Shown: positions 1 through 10,660, counted from the stretch's first letter. The stretch is DNA of 64,000 nucleotides from an uncultured Clostridia bacterium (GCA_944362545.1 CALVTJ010000001.1:64500-128499), one strand, 5' to 3'. Numbers and translations are program-made. Notes: a model not told the origin generated them from the letters alone.

Positions 1-3000
1 CGATTTTTAATATAATCGTATCCAATATATTTGTCTTCTTCCACTGTGTTTGAATTGGAATCATAACTATTTCTAACATTTGTATTTTCCTCATCTACCA
101 AATCACTTGATATCAAAGACTGTAAAGTGGAAAATGCTCCTGTTGTGAAGTCTAAGACTGAAACGCTTGTCCAATCGGAAATTTTTGGTGAAAGTCCGGT
201 GTAAAGATTATAGCCAACAATAAGATCATTGTGTGCTTGCAGTCTTTGAATAGTGTATGTGCTAGAATAATCTTCGCACAAATTTTTGTAATTTACCGCC
301 TTTTGATTTGTATACATTACAAAGTTGTAATAAACAGGGTCGAGATTGTAATCCACGTGGCTAATCTCCCCAAAATTAGTGTCAATACGAGCGTTATATT
401 CAATATCACTGTCCTTTGGTGCTGTTGATGAAAAGATATAACCATCTTTCAGTTTAATTTGAACTCTAATAAAATTTTCTTCTTTATCGCTATAAAGAGT
501 GTCAAAATTAAAGCGCAAAACTCCATTATTCAAATTTTCAGCCCCAAATGTTAAAGTTTGAACAATGTCGGATTCATCATCTCCATTTTGGAATGTGACA
601 ACAATACTGTCAATAGCTTCATTTATGTTTTCTATTTTTCCAGCAATGATATTGTCACTTGGCACAAAGTTGATGCTTGCGGTATATTTGTCATCTCCCA
701 AATCCTTACCTTTCCACTCTGCATAGAGAGTCTGAGAAAGTGTACTGTCAACAAAAATACTGGATATGTCCTGGTTGTTTGCTAAAATATTCAGCTTATC
801 GTCAAAATCAGTACCGGAAAAATCTGTATAAAGATTTACAATGTCAAACACTCCATCACGCAGAAGTTCACTTCCACCATTGATTGTTGGAACATCAAAA
901 ATTTCTGGATAGTCTGCCAAAAATGAATTGTACTCCATGTAAAAATATTTGTAAACAAAACCATTTTCATCCACTTGCACATCTGAATTTGATGTATACA
1001 AGTCATTGTCTACAACATTGAAATTTTTCTTTTCATACGCGTTGTAAATCACCTTGACACGATAGGCAGTATCTTCATCCACCTCACCAGGATTGTCTGG
1101 ATCATAACCCGCATAGTTCCATCTAACATTGATCCCCGACATTGGCAACTTGTCAAAATCTACAGAAAAATCTGTCACGGTGGTTTCTTGTTCATCACTC
1201 AAAGCGTAAAGAGTTGTTCCATCTAAATAAATATATTCCTGTGCCTTAAAACCTTTCTTTATCAAAACATCGGTTATGCCATAAAGGTGTGAAAGTTGAG
1301 CAAGCGATGTCCCGTAAGTGGCATCAATACTGGAAAGTTCGGTGTGAATTGTCATTTCAATCTGTCCATAATAAATGTCGTTTTGTGTTTGCAAACTTTC
1401 AGTTTTTGGCAAAATCGGAAGATGGTACCTTCCCTTATAAATATCTCCACTTGGACTGTAAACACTTCCTCCATCCGTGTTAATTTCAAGGTCAAAGCCA
1501 TAACGGACATCAGGGGCATCGTTTCCAGTGCTTGTTGTACCTGACAGATTTATATTCCCGTAAAAGTCCGAATTTGGAATAAGTTCACCATTGACATTGA
1601 TTGATTTTTCACCATAGAAAACATAAACTCTTGCGCTAGAATCAACTTTTCCAACCGCATAAACAGGATCATCTCCTATCATCGCGCCTTCAACACCATA
1701 TTGATTGTCGGTGCAATTTATAAGATAGGTGTCACCTTTAGCATAAGCAACAATTGTGCCGACATTCAAACCTTCACTTTCTGTACCCTCATTGATATAT
1801 TGAATATCTCTCACAGTAAGGTTTTTGATAACGGCATTTTCTGTCACTCCGAAAAGTGCATGATAACCAAATCTTTCTTGCAAAGAACAAGTAAGACCTG
1901 ATATAGTAAATCCGTTTCCATCAAAAACTCCTGAAAAAGGATTTCTGCTTGAACCGATAGGTTGCCATGTTTTTCCAGATAAATCAATGTCATTTTGCAT
2001 TGAATAATAAGCATCTCTTTCAAGATTGAAAGAAACATACCCTAGGTCACCCGCTGTGCGAATTAAATATGGATTGTCAGCAGTTCCTTTGCCTTCAAGT
2101 CCCTGTCCATTGCTGTAATCATCATCGTTGTTTGCAGAAAAACTTTGAGAGTTTGTAAGATAAGGATAGCCACCATTTATGCCAGCACTCATTTCCCATA
2201 TTGAAGGAATTTCATCAAAGTTCCAAGAAGAGCCATCCGTCCAATATCTTTCATTGCTATAAAAATCACGTGTCTTTGCCAAGTCATCAAGATTTATCAT
2301 CTGACTGTTATAATCACTTGCTCCAGGCACTCTGTTTTCCACATTATAATAAAGTCCTGCTGTCTGTGGGCGTTGAAGAAGATTGTTTGCCAAAGAATAG
2401 AGCCCATTTGATGTAAAATTCGTGCCAGAGATTGTGCCAACATAGAAGGAGTCTTCAAGCGTGGTGTAGGTTGAACTTGGTGACTGCAAATAACCAACAA
2501 GTCCGCTCACATAATTCATGTCCCCTTGCGTGTTTGCGCTGATATCTCCGACAAAATATGTGTTTTTCAAAGCAAAATATGCGTTATTCACTCTGCCGAC
2601 AAGTCCGCCGATGTAAATGTTTGTGCCGGAGTTTGAAACGGAAAAGCCTCCATCACCAAGCAAGACATAATCATTTAGCAGTTCTGTTTGATTAGATGAA
2701 CTGCTACCTGTAGCAAAGCCGACAAGTCCGCCAACATATCCATATGTCACTTGCGAAGAGATATCCAAACTGCCATCAAAATATGTTTCATTTGCACGAA
2801 GATAGTTTGCCGTTCCAACAAGTCCGCCGACACGCATATCAGTCACTGCAACATTTTCAAGATTGATTTCCATGTTGGATCTTGAGCGATTTATCTGTGC
2901 CGATGACAAATTTCCGACAAGGCCTCCTACATGAACTGTGGCATTTGTCATGCCATTTCCACTCACTGTCAACAAACCTGATGCTGAAACGCTTGAAAGG

Positions 3001-3581
3001 AAGGATTCGTTCAAGCTCAAATCTGCCGTTCCAGTGTTTAAAAAACTTCCAGCAACTGCGCCGATGTTGTATGTTCCTGTTGAAGAGATTTCGACATTGA
3101 TTGTCACATTTTCAAAATGCAAATCGCTAATTCTGGAGAAATCTGAAAGAGAACCAAAGAACCCAGCATAATTTCCATCTGTGTCGATGTTCATATTGTA
3201 AATTGTGTGTCCCTTTCCCTCAAATTGTCCTTGAAAGGCCGTTGTTCCTTCGCCCACAGGAGTCCAATTAAAACCATTCAAATCAATGTCTGTTTCAAGA
3301 ACAATTGTCCTGTTTCTAAAACTGTTGTTTTCTTCATTTGCTTGGTATGCAAAATATGAAAGACCTTTTGCACTTCTGATGTAATATGTAGAGCCTGTTG
3401 AGTCAAACCAATCACTGCTTGTCAGGTCATCTTCATTTGTCACATACTCTCCATCCCACACACTGACATTTTGACTTACCGCAGATGAAAAGTCTATGGA
3501 AGAAAAGTTAAAATAACCCAGCGTTCCACAAACGCCAAAGACCAAAACAAATAATGTGAAAAAAAATGATTTTCTCTTCAT
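1..3581 (-). CDS. Large secreted GLUG-repeat surface protein. The N-terminal >1190 codons are in the window; the C-terminus runs off the left edge.
   Basis: This ORF is absent from the ORF track because it has no stop inside the window. Hand translation of the reverse strand from the ATG (complement of 3579-3581) gives MKRKSFFFTLFVLVFGVCGTLGYFNFSS..., a signal peptide. Spot checks at 1-60, 600-660 and 2880-2940 stay open in the same frame. Repeated VGGLVG / IGGLVG / VSGLVG units match the GLUG motif. A 'GKGTADNPYLIRTAGDLGYV' lead-in resembles the other GLUG proteins in this window. No competing long ORF lies in 1-3581. Confidence 0.75.
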   Translation of the reverse strand, partial: MKRKSFFFTLFVLVFGVCGTLGYFNFSSIDFSSAVSQNVSVWDGEYVTNEDDLTSSDWFDSTGSTYYIRSAKGLSYFAYQANEENNSFRNRTIVLETDIDLNGFNWTPVGEGTTAFQGQFEGKGHTIYNMNIDTDGNYAGFFGSLSDFSRISDLHFENVTINVEISSTGTYNIGAVAGSFLNTGTADLSLNESFLSSVSASGLLTVSGNGMTNATVHVGGLVGNLSSAQINRSRSNMEINLENVAVTDMRVGGLVGTANYLRANETYFDGSLDISSQVTYGYVGGLVGFATGSSSSNQTELLNDYVLLGDGGFSVSNSGTNIYIGGLVGRVNNAYFALKNTYFVGDISANTQGDMNYVSGLVGYLQSPSSTYTTLEDSFYVGTISGTNFTSNGLYSLANNLLQRPQTAGLYYNVENRVPGASDYNSQMINLDDLAKTRDFYSNERYWTDGSSWNFDEIPSIWEMSAGINGGYPYLTNSQSFSANNDDDYSNGQGLEGKGTADNPYLIRTAGDLGYVSFNLERDAYYSMQNDIDLSGKTWQPIGSSRNPFSGVFDGNGFTISGLTCSLQERFGYHALFGVTENAVIKNLTVRDIQYINEGTESEGLNVGTIVAYAKGDTYLINCTDNQYGVEGAMIGDDPVYAVGKVDSSARVYVFYGEKSINVNGELIPNSDFYGNINLSGTTSTGNDAPDVRYGFDLEINTDGGSVYSPSGDIYKGRYHLPILPKTESLQTQNDIYYGQIEMTIHTELSSIDATYGTSLAQLSHLYGITDVLIKKGFKAQEYIYLDGTTLYALSDEQETTVTDFSVDFDKLPMSGINVRWNYAGYDPDNPGEVDEDTAYRVKVIYNAYEKKNFNVVDNDLYTSNSDVQVDENGFVYKYFYMEYNSFLADYPEIFDVPTINGGSELLRDGVFDIVNLYTDFSGTDFDDKLNILANNQDISSIFVDSTLSQTLYAEWKGKDLGDDKYTASINFVPSDNIIAGKIENINEAIDSIVVTFQNGDDESDIVQTLTFGAENLNNGVLRFNFDTLYSDKEENFIRVQIKLKDGYIFSSTAPKDSDIEYNARIDTNFGEISHVDYNLDPVYYNFVMYTNQKAVNYKNLCEDYSSTYTIQRLQAHNDLIVGYNLYTGLSPKISDWTSVSVLDFTTGAFSTLQSLISSDLVDEENTNVRNSYDSNSNTVEEDKYIGYDYIKN

Positions 3582-3861
3582 AATCTTTCTCCTAAATCAA
3601 ACACACACCGGCCACAATAAATCTACAATTATTATACAAAACCGCTGACCAAATAAGCAAATTATTTTTGAAGATTATATAAATTTAATATATATATTAA
3701 AGCAATTTTTAAACGACATTTTTGAAAGATAAAAAATTTCTCTGCAAAATTATTTTTTCTTATCAGCACAAACGACTAATATTTTCTTTGCCACAATTGG
3801 TGAAAAATAAATTCGAAAAACAAAAAAATATTTCTAAAAGATAGAAAAATAACAAAAAAAT

Positions 3862-3899
3862 AAGAAAAAATACGCTTTTTTCTTGAATTTTCAGCGTAT
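3862..3899 (-). terminator. Rho-independent terminator downstream of trpS
   Basis: The hairpin arms are ATACGCT (3870-3876) and AGCGTAT (3893-3899). The adjacent A-run on the + strand gives a U-tract on the minus transcript, just past the trpS stop at 3912. Confidence 0.5.
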
Positions 3900-3911
3900 T
3901 TTTTTTGTTTT

Positions 3912-4967
3912 TTATTTTTTCAAAAATTTTGCGTAGTCAATTCCCATTGCTTCTTTCATCTTTTGCAATGTGTTTTGAGCCACCTTTCTAGCCTTTTTGC
4001 CATTTTCAAAAAGCATCTCATAAATAGCATCGATGTTCTTTTCCAGTTCCTTTCGTTTTTCTCTTATTGGTGTCAGAATTTCTTGCAAAACGTTGTTTAA
4101 GAAAAGTTTGATTTTGACATCGCCAAGTCCACCTTTTCGATAATGAGCCTTCAATTCATCCAAATTTTTGTATTCCGGAAGGTGTTTTTTAAAGGATTCA
4201 TCTGTTGCAAATGCATCAAGATAGGAAAATACAACATTTCCTTCCACTTTGCCCGGGTCAGTCACTCTTATGTGATTTGGGTCAGTATAAGCACTCATAA
4301 TTTTTTCTTTGACAGTTTTCTCATCATCTTTGAGATAAATGCAATTCCCTGCCGACTTACTCATTTTCAATCCACCATCAAGGCCACAAAGACGACGGCA
4401 GATGTTATTTTCTGGCAAAAGCGGTTCTGGCATAGCGAAAATTTCTTTCCCATAAGTGTTATTGAAACTTCTGGCAATTTCTCGTGTCTGCTCAATCATC
4501 GGCAATTGGTCCTCGCCGACAGGCACAAGGTTTGTGCCGAAAGCCAAAATATCAGATGCCTGACTGATTGGATAGCAAAAAAATCCAACGGGAATGGAAT
4601 TTGAAAAACTTCTCTGCTTGATTTCATCTTTAACAGTTGGATTTCTTCCAAGTCTTGCCACAGTCACCAAATTCATAAAATACATAGTCATTTCTGCAAG
4701 TTCCGGCACTTGTGATTGAATGAAAATGTTAACTTTTTCTGGATTTATGCCGGCAGAAAGATAATCGATTGCTACTTGAATAATGTTGTTTTTAACTTTA
4801 TCAACATTGCCGGCATTGTCGGTCAGCGCCTGTGTGTCTGCAATCATGATGTAAAATTTATCAAACTCCGTGTTTTGCAATTTCAAACGGTTGACAATTG
4901 AACCAACATAATGTCCAATGTGCAAATTTCCTGTCGGTCTGTCTCCTGTTAAAATAATCTTTTTCAT
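3912..4967 (-). CDS. trpS: Tryptophan--tRNA ligase
   Basis: The class I aaRS signatures are present: GDRPTGNLHIGHYVGS (HIGH) and KMSKS. The length of about 350 aa is typical of TrpRS. I moved the start to MKKIILTG (ATG at 4967), which follows a GAGGTG RBS; the track ORF begins 9 codons upstream. Confidence 0.9.
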   Translation of the reverse strand: MKKIILTGDRPTGNLHIGHYVGSIVNRLKLQNTEFDKFYIMIADTQALTDNAGNVDKVKNNIIQVAIDYLSAGINPEKVNIFIQSQVPELAEMTMYFMNLVTVARLGRNPTVKDEIKQRSFSNSIPVGFFCYPISQASDILAFGTNLVPVGEDQLPMIEQTREIARSFNNTYGKEIFAMPEPLLPENNICRRLCGLDGGLKMSKSAGNCIYLKDDEKTVKEKIMSAYTDPNHIRVTDPGKVEGNVVFSYLDAFATDESFKKHLPEYKNLDELKAHYRKGGLGDVKIKLFLNNVLQEILTPIREKRKELEKNIDAIYEMLFENGKKARKVAQNTLQKMKEAMGIDYAKFLKK

Positions 4968-5253
4968 AGTCACCTCTTTTTGTGCTTCGTTCAAAAGTAG
5001 TTTAAACTATCCTTAAAAATTCACAAAAAATTAAAGAAAATATTTTAAAAATCACAAAATAATCAAATATTTTATTATTTTTTAATTAATTTACTTATTT
5101 TATAGATTTTTTCTATTTATTTTAATCAAAAATGTCTCACATTGCTGTTTTAGCGACAAATAAATATATAAAAATATTCTATAAATTGAAAAATACCACT
5201 GTAAAATGTAATTTTTATTGATTTTTTGGATAATTTTTTGAATTTGCCGATTT

Positions 5254-6885
5254 TTATGCAAATTCAGCCATACGCGAAAGCACCTCTTTTTCGCCAAGCA
5301 ATGTCATGATTTCATACAAATCTGGAGAATTTTTTCTGCCCGTGATTGCCACTCTTATATATTCACAAACCGTGGCAACATTGCCCTTGAATTTCTCCGG
5401 ATTTGCTTTGTATTCCTTATTGTCGGTCGCATAGCCTAGTTTTTCCGCCATCTCTTTTATTTTTGCAAACCATGCATCCTTTGATGACAGGTCAATATAC
5501 TTTTTGTATTCTCTCAAGACCTGTTCAAAATCTTTGCGATGAGTCTCATCAATTTCATATTTCTTTGGGTCGCCAAACATATAATCATATAAATCAAAAA
5601 ACATACTCCATTTGTAGATGTCTTTTCTTGGCTTTGGTTTTTCTCTGTCTATGTTGAGTATTTTGGTCACATATTCTTTGTCTTTTACCAAATAGTCAAC
5701 ATTTTCAAGAGAATATTCTCTTGCCCAAGCGAGAAGTTCGTTGTAGCACCTTTCTGCACTATAGTGAGAAATTATTTCTTTTGAAACATCATTCAGTTTG
5801 ACAAAGTCAAAAATTGGAGTGTTTGCTGTGATTTTAAATCCATCAAATGGAAATTCTTGAATGTCGGCATCTTTGTGAGTCTCTCTCCAGGATTCAAAAT
5901 TTGAATTTATAAGATTCATAAGATATTCAATAATGGCTTCCTTGTCATAACCTTCTTTGTCAAAATATCTCATATCCGCTTCTGGATGTTTACGCTTTGA
6001 AATCTTGATTTTGTTTCCTTTTTCGTTAAATTTGTAGATGAGTGGCGTGTGAATATATTTAGGTTGTTTAAACCCAAGTGCTTCAAAAATCTCTTTATGG
6101 AGTGGATATGATGGCAACCACTCTTCTCCGCGCACTACCACAGTTGTGCCCATCAAAGTGTCATCGATAGCATGTGCAAAGTGATATGTTGGCATAAGGT
6201 CGTTTTTCAGCAAAATGGCATCCATGCTGTTTTCAATGATTTCAACATCACCTTTTGCTCCATCGTGAAACTTCACTTTTTTCGTGCCATCGCCATTGGT
6301 TTTCAAACGAATGGCAAACTTTTTCCCATCTTTGAGATATTCTTCTATCTGCTCAACTGTCAAATTTCTGCATGGGTCTTTGTCTTCATTTATTCCAACA
6401 GCAAATTTCTTTTCACGCAATTTTTGAACATCTCCAAGTCCTTCTGTCTTTTTGCAAAAACATGGAAAAGCCTTGCCTTCGCTGACAAGTTTTTTGGCAT
6501 ATGCCTTATAAATTTCCTTTCTTTCGCTTTGATAATATGGGCCATAATTGCCGACTGTCACACCGCCTTTGAGTTGGTATTCATCCGGTGTCAATTCATA
6601 TTCATTCAAAATACCCATGATAACCGAACTTGCTCCAGAGATTTCACGCTTGTTGTCGGTATCTTCTATTCTCAAATAGAAAACACCACCACTGCGTTTT
6701 GCGATGTTGTAATCAATCAATGCTTGAAAAAATCCTCCAAGATGCATATAACCTGTTGGACTTGGTGCAAATCTTGTCACATATGCCGTGCTTGGCAAAT
6801 TTCTCTTTGGATACCTCTTTTCAATTTCTTCCACGGTCAATTTGTTGTCAGGAAACAACATTTCCGCCAATTTTTTGTAATCCAT
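5254..6885 (-). CDS. gltX: Glutamate--tRNA ligase
   Basis: RFAPSPTGYMHLGG (HIGH-type) and KISKRK (KMSKS-type) are present, and overall similarity is GluRS-like. An AAGGAG RBS lies 6 nt upstream of the ATG. Confidence 0.9.
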   Translation of the reverse strand: MDYKKLAEMLFPDNKLTVEEIEKRYPKRNLPSTAYVTRFAPSPTGYMHLGGFFQALIDYNIAKRSGGVFYLRIEDTDNKREISGASSVIMGILNEYELTPDEYQLKGGVTVGNYGPYYQSERKEIYKAYAKKLVSEGKAFPCFCKKTEGLGDVQKLREKKFAVGINEDKDPCRNLTVEQIEEYLKDGKKFAIRLKTNGDGTKKVKFHDGAKGDVEIIENSMDAILLKNDLMPTYHFAHAIDDTLMGTTVVVRGEEWLPSYPLHKEIFEALGFKQPKYIHTPLIYKFNEKGNKIKISKRKHPEADMRYFDKEGYDKEAIIEYLMNLINSNFESWRETHKDADIQEFPFDGFKITANTPIFDFVKLNDVSKEIISHYSAERCYNELLAWAREYSLENVDYLVKDKEYVTKILNIDREKPKPRKDIYKWSMFFDLYDYMFGDPKKYEIDETHRKDFEQVLREYKKYIDLSSKDAWFAKIKEMAEKLGYATDNKEYKANPEKFKGNVATVCEYIRVAITGRKNSPDLYEIMTLLGEKEVLSRMAEFA

Positions 6886-6964
6886 TTTTTCTCCTTGTTT
6901 TAATAATAATAAAATGTTTCAAATTTCGCTATCGCGATTGAATTTTTTGTGCATTTTTTAAATT

Positions 6965-8068
6965 TTAATAAATCATTTCAACAACTTGATTTTCAAAATT
7001 TGGCAATATTTTTGTCACAAATTGTTCCAACTTTTCCAAATAAATTTCTGCCATGTTATTGCTGTTTAAATACCTTTCCATGTCACAGTCAAAACTTACA
7101 GCCAATCTTTCAATGTTCAGCCCGATCAGTGCATCCATGTAATCTTCGGTGTCAAGTATGAACTTGCTTGTCATGTTAAACACTTCTGTTATCTGCTGAT
7201 TTGTCAAAACTTGCAATGATGCGGTGGATGTCACAAAGTCTTTTTTATAACTTTCAAATGCAGTTTGCAAATTTTGTAGCAATGTGTCAATTCTGGTTTT
7301 GGTCGCCGTTTGTGTTTGTCCTGCCCAATTCATTTTGTTTTCAATCTCTGTTATTTGGAATTCACTGAAAATTGGGAGCATCTTTGCTCTAATATATTCT
7401 TTGACAACCTCGGTGTCTGCAACAGTTGTAGGTGAAGTTGTTTCAAGCAAATTCAAGATTTCTGTCGATTCAATCACTTCTGCCATGTCGGAGCAAAGTT
7501 GAACGCTATTGGCGACCATTGCACCATAACTGCGTTTGAATCTGCGAAGGTATGCATCCCTTACTATGCTTGGTTTGCTTTCTCCCGGCAAGATAGGAGT
7601 TTCAAAATTATCAAAATATGTTATAAAATTTGTTCTTTCAACCAAAAAATCTTCTATTGAATCTCTGTATGTTGTTATTGAAGAGTTGAGAATGTTGAGT
7701 TGTCTTCTTGTACCAGATGACAAATCACTCTCATGCAAATTGGTCACATAATGTTTATTGCTGTCCACATAATCACTTGCAATGACAAGTGTGGCATTGT
7801 AAATTTCTTCAAGTTCGCCAAAACCTTCAACATCCGCATCAACAAAACTGTCAATCTTTGTGCCATAACTTATCACATAGTCGCTTTCCATTCCATCAAT
7901 TGTTCCATGAGAGAAAACACTTGGATTGTCTTGAAAAACCGTTTCAAGTTCCGCAAAATTTTGAGTTATTGTCGAAAGTGAAACATCTCCGCATCCGCCA
8001 AGCCCCACAAGAGCAAGTACCGAAAAACAACCTATTCCAAGCCCTGCCATTATCTTTTTTAATTTCAT
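6965..8068 (-). CDS. Hypothetical lipoprotein
   Basis: The N-terminus has a signal peptide with a lipobox, ...LVGLGGC GD. The ATG at 8068 follows an AAAGGAG RBS; the track start is a GTG 2 codons upstream. I recognise no family. Confidence 0.6.
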   Translation of the reverse strand: MKLKKIMAGLGIGCFSVLALVGLGGCGDVSLSTITQNFAELETVFQDNPSVFSHGTIDGMESDYVISYGTKIDSFVDADVEGFGELEEIYNATLVIASDYVDSNKHYVTNLHESDLSSGTRRQLNILNSSITTYRDSIEDFLVERTNFITYFDNFETPILPGESKPSIVRDAYLRRFKRSYGAMVANSVQLCSDMAEVIESTEILNLLETTSPTTVADTEVVKEYIRAKMLPIFSEFQITEIENKMNWAGQTQTATKTRIDTLLQNLQTAFESYKKDFVTSTASLQVLTNQQITEVFNMTSKFILDTEDYMDALIGLNIERLAVSFDCDMERYLNSNNMAEIYLEKLEQFVTKILPNFENQVVEMIY

Positions 8069-8093
8069 AAGCACTCCTTTTTATCAAACAATT

Positions 8094-8903
8094 TTATGCA
8101 ATTGCCCCTGCAAGAAACCTGTTGTAAATTTCTTCCCAGCCTTCTGTCTGTTCGGTGATGATTTTAACATTCCCCTGTGCAGTTGTGTTGTAAATATATT
8201 CCAAAATCACATCTTCCTGCTCAGGTGTGAGATAGTTGTTGACAAAATTCAAAAGACTTGCTCCATGTCCTGCTGTTGTCACATTCTGCACAGTGTCATC
8301 TGCAAGCGCTTTGGCAGTTTCAAAAACAAGTGCGGTCAAATCATTGTTCATAGTTGGCGAAGTCACGCAGGATGTGTAAATATCTCCCAAATTGTCGAAA
8401 GCATTTACTGTGTAGGTAAACAAATCTTGCATATACTGCTTGCAGTTTGCCCAACTGTTTGCTGTCCAAAAATCGCTTCCTGATGTCACATCTCTGTTTT
8501 CTTCAATATAATTTTCCAAACTATTTGCCGAATTTTGCGCTCTTGAAAAATTTCTTGAAACATTTCTACTCTTTTCTCTATAAACATTAGTGTAAGTTGA
8601 AAAGACAAATTGTTTATTTACAAATTCCCCATAAACAACATACGCCTTGTATGTGTTTTGCATATTTTGTATCTCTGCCCTTTCTTCTTGTGATCCAATG
8701 AGAGGATAAATGGTATCAAGATATTCATTTATCGTTCTATACTCATCACTTTCATCATTCAAATAACCTTCGACAACAACTGAATTGATATTGTTTGCCA
8801 AACTTCTTGTGTCCCGTTCCCTAAACAAATTGATAAACACAATTGTCAAAACAACCGCAACAATTGCTAAAATCAAAATCACGATAAACCACTTTCTTTT
8901 CAT
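8094..8903 (-). CDS. Hypothetical membrane-anchored protein
   Basis: There is one N-terminal TM helix (WFIVILILAIVAVVLTIVFINLF). An AAAGGAG RBS is present. The gene is tightly linked downstream of dnaB. Confidence 0.55.
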   Translation of the reverse strand: MKRKWFIVILILAIVAVVLTIVFINLFRERDTRSLANNINSVVVEGYLNDESDEYRTINEYLDTIYPLIGSQEERAEIQNMQNTYKAYVVYGEFVNKQFVFSTYTNVYREKSRNVSRNFSRAQNSANSLENYIEENRDVTSGSDFWTANSWANCKQYMQDLFTYTVNAFDNLGDIYTSCVTSPTMNNDLTALVFETAKALADDTVQNVTTAGHGASLLNFVNNYLTPEQEDVILEYIYNTTAQGNVKIITEQTEGWEEIYNRFLAGAIA

Positions 8904-8914
8904 GCAAACTCCTT

Positions 8915-10270
8915 TTATGCTTCTTCAATTTTGATTTTTTCATCATAATTGAGATATGTCGTGTATTCTCCAACCCATCTCAACTTGACATCGCCAATAC
9001 TTCCATTTCGATGCTTGGCGATCATAAGATAAACGGTTCCCGGTTCATCTTCGGTGGTGACATCGTTGTATCTTTCCGGATTATACAAGAAAAGCACAAT
9101 ATCAGCATCCTGTTCAATGGAACCAGATTCACGTAGGTCGGAAAGCACAGGTCTGTGGTCATCACGCACTTCCACCGCACGCGAAAGTTGTGAAAGCACC
9201 AAAATTGGGACATTCAATTCCTTTGCTGCAATTTTCAATGTTCTGGTCAAATCGCTGACTTCCTGCGTTCTTGACTCTCTATTGCTTCTGCCCATGGTCA
9301 TGAGTTGAAGATAGTCAATCACAATCAAATCAAGCCCTTCTGTCATCTTCAATTTTCGGCATTTTGATATAATTTCAAACGGAGTTATCATGGATGAATC
9401 ATCAACGTAAATTCCGCTTTGTGCAAGTTTTTTCTCTGCCGTCCACATTCTCTTCCACTCTTCCGAATCCATTGTCCCGCGCAAAACATGTGACAAGTCC
9501 ACTCTGGCAAGTGAAGAAAGAGCCCTTTGCATAAGTTGTTCTCTCGACATTTCAAGGTCAAAGATTGCCACCTTTTTTCCTTCATTGACCGCAGCATTGA
9601 CCGCAATGTTCATAGCAAAAGAAGTTTTTCCGACACCAGGGCGTGCTGCTAGCAAAATCAAATCACTCTTTTGAAGTCCATTTGTTATAGCATCAAATTC
9701 TTTGTAGCCGGTCGGTATACCACGCATCTTGCCTTTGTTTTCTGCAAGTTCCGAAATCTGTTGCAAAACCTGTGTAAGCGTTCCGCCCGGTTTGCCGACA
9801 AGTTCCAAATCTGAAGATGTCTCCTTTTGCGAAAGGTCAAAAATCTTCTTTTCCGCAACCTGCATTGCTTGATTTCCATCTTCACTGTCAAATGCGGTTT
9901 TGATAATGTCCTGTGCTTCTGACACCAAATGGCGCCTGAGCGATGTGCTTTTGACTATGTTGAGATAATGTTCAAAATTTGCCGAAGATGGCACAACGTT
10001 TGTAAGATAAGTTATATAATCAATTCCGCCGATTGTTTCAAGTTTCTTTTCCACTTCAAGTTGGTTTGTCAGAGTGACAAAATCAACAGGAATGCTCTTG
10101 TTGTAGATTTTTATCATGCTGTCATAAATGTTTCTGTGTGCTTCCGAATAAAAATCTTCCACATTCACTTTGGCAAAAATATCCATTTGTGCATCATTAT
10201 CCAACAATATACAGCCGAGCAATGCTTGCTCCGCTTCCAAACTGTTTGGTAAAATCTTGTAATCTGCCAT
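8915..10270 (-). CDS. dnaB: Replicative DNA helicase DnaB
   Basis: The N-terminal LPNSLEAEQALLGCILLDN is DnaB-like. Walker A is ARPGVGKTSFAMN, and the C-terminal RecA-like domain shows IVIDYLQLM. I set the start at MADYKILP (ATG at 10270), 6 nt after AAGGAG; the track ORF starts 7 codons upstream. Confidence 0.9.
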   Translation of the reverse strand: MADYKILPNSLEAEQALLGCILLDNDAQMDIFAKVNVEDFYSEAHRNIYDSMIKIYNKSIPVDFVTLTNQLEVEKKLETIGGIDYITYLTNVVPSSANFEHYLNIVKSTSLRRHLVSEAQDIIKTAFDSEDGNQAMQVAEKKIFDLSQKETSSDLELVGKPGGTLTQVLQQISELAENKGKMRGIPTGYKEFDAITNGLQKSDLILLAARPGVGKTSFAMNIAVNAAVNEGKKVAIFDLEMSREQLMQRALSSLARVDLSHVLRGTMDSEEWKRMWTAEKKLAQSGIYVDDSSMITPFEIISKCRKLKMTEGLDLIVIDYLQLMTMGRSNRESRTQEVSDLTRTLKIAAKELNVPILVLSQLSRAVEVRDDHRPVLSDLRESGSIEQDADIVLFLYNPERYNDVTTEDEPGTVYLMIAKHRNGSIGDVKLRWVGEYTTYLNYDEKIKIEEA

Positions 10271-10310
10271 ATCTTTCTCCTTTGCCATCAAAATATCCGC
10301 TGTTTACAAA

Positions 10311-10565
10311 TCAATTATCAGAAAATGGGTCTTTCTTTTTGCTCATGCGCTCCTGTTTTTTTTCATCCAATTTTTGGCAAGCCCATATGAAGAGCGCAAA
10401 CAACAAAAAGAGCATGACAACCAAAACAAAAACATTCAGCCACATATCCACTTTTGCCCATGCCAAAAGCACGGCAACCACACATGTTGGCACAAAGACA
10501 ATGAGAAGAAAGAGTCCCAATCTTTTTATCTTTTTTTTCAGTTCTTGTTTTTCCGAGTTTTTCAT
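10311..10565 (-). CDS. Small hypothetical membrane protein (2 TM)
   Basis: Two hydrophobic helices are present. The ATG at 10565 follows an AGGAAG RBS; the track ORF is longer but that start has no RBS. Confidence 0.45.
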   Translation of the reverse strand: MKNSEKQELKKKIKRLGLFLLIVFVPTCVVAVLLAWAKVDMWLNVFVLVVMLFLLFALFIWACQKLDEKKQERMSKKKDPFSDN

Positions 10566-10660
10566 GCCACTTCCTAATAATTTAAGTATAACAACATTTG
10601 CAATCTTTGTCAATTTTTCTCTAAAACAACCAAAAAGAATAATTTTATTTTAAAATTAAA

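Noticed and set aside
4143-4604. 153-aa plus-strand ORF inside trpS
   Set aside because: It is antisense to trpS and has no start context.
4968-5253. Possible T-box leaders upstream of trpS (and gltX at 6886-6964)
   Set aside because: I looked for the conserved T-box sequence (GGGUGGUACCGCG-like) and for a specifier/antiterminator architecture on the minus strand. The regions are about 80% AT with no such elements, and the gltX leader is only 79 nt.
6172-6903. 243-aa plus-strand ORF (and 6630-6941, 103 aa) overlapping gltX
   Set aside because: It lies entirely antisense to a confidently identified gltX. It has a Phe/Ile/Cys-rich low-complexity composition typical of shadow ORFs in AT-rich DNA, and it has no RBS.
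10138-10653. 171-aa plus-strand ORF spanning the dnaB start and the small membrane gene
   Set aside because: It crosses two minus-strand genes and their intergenic RBS region. Its composition is low-complexity, so it is likely spurious.
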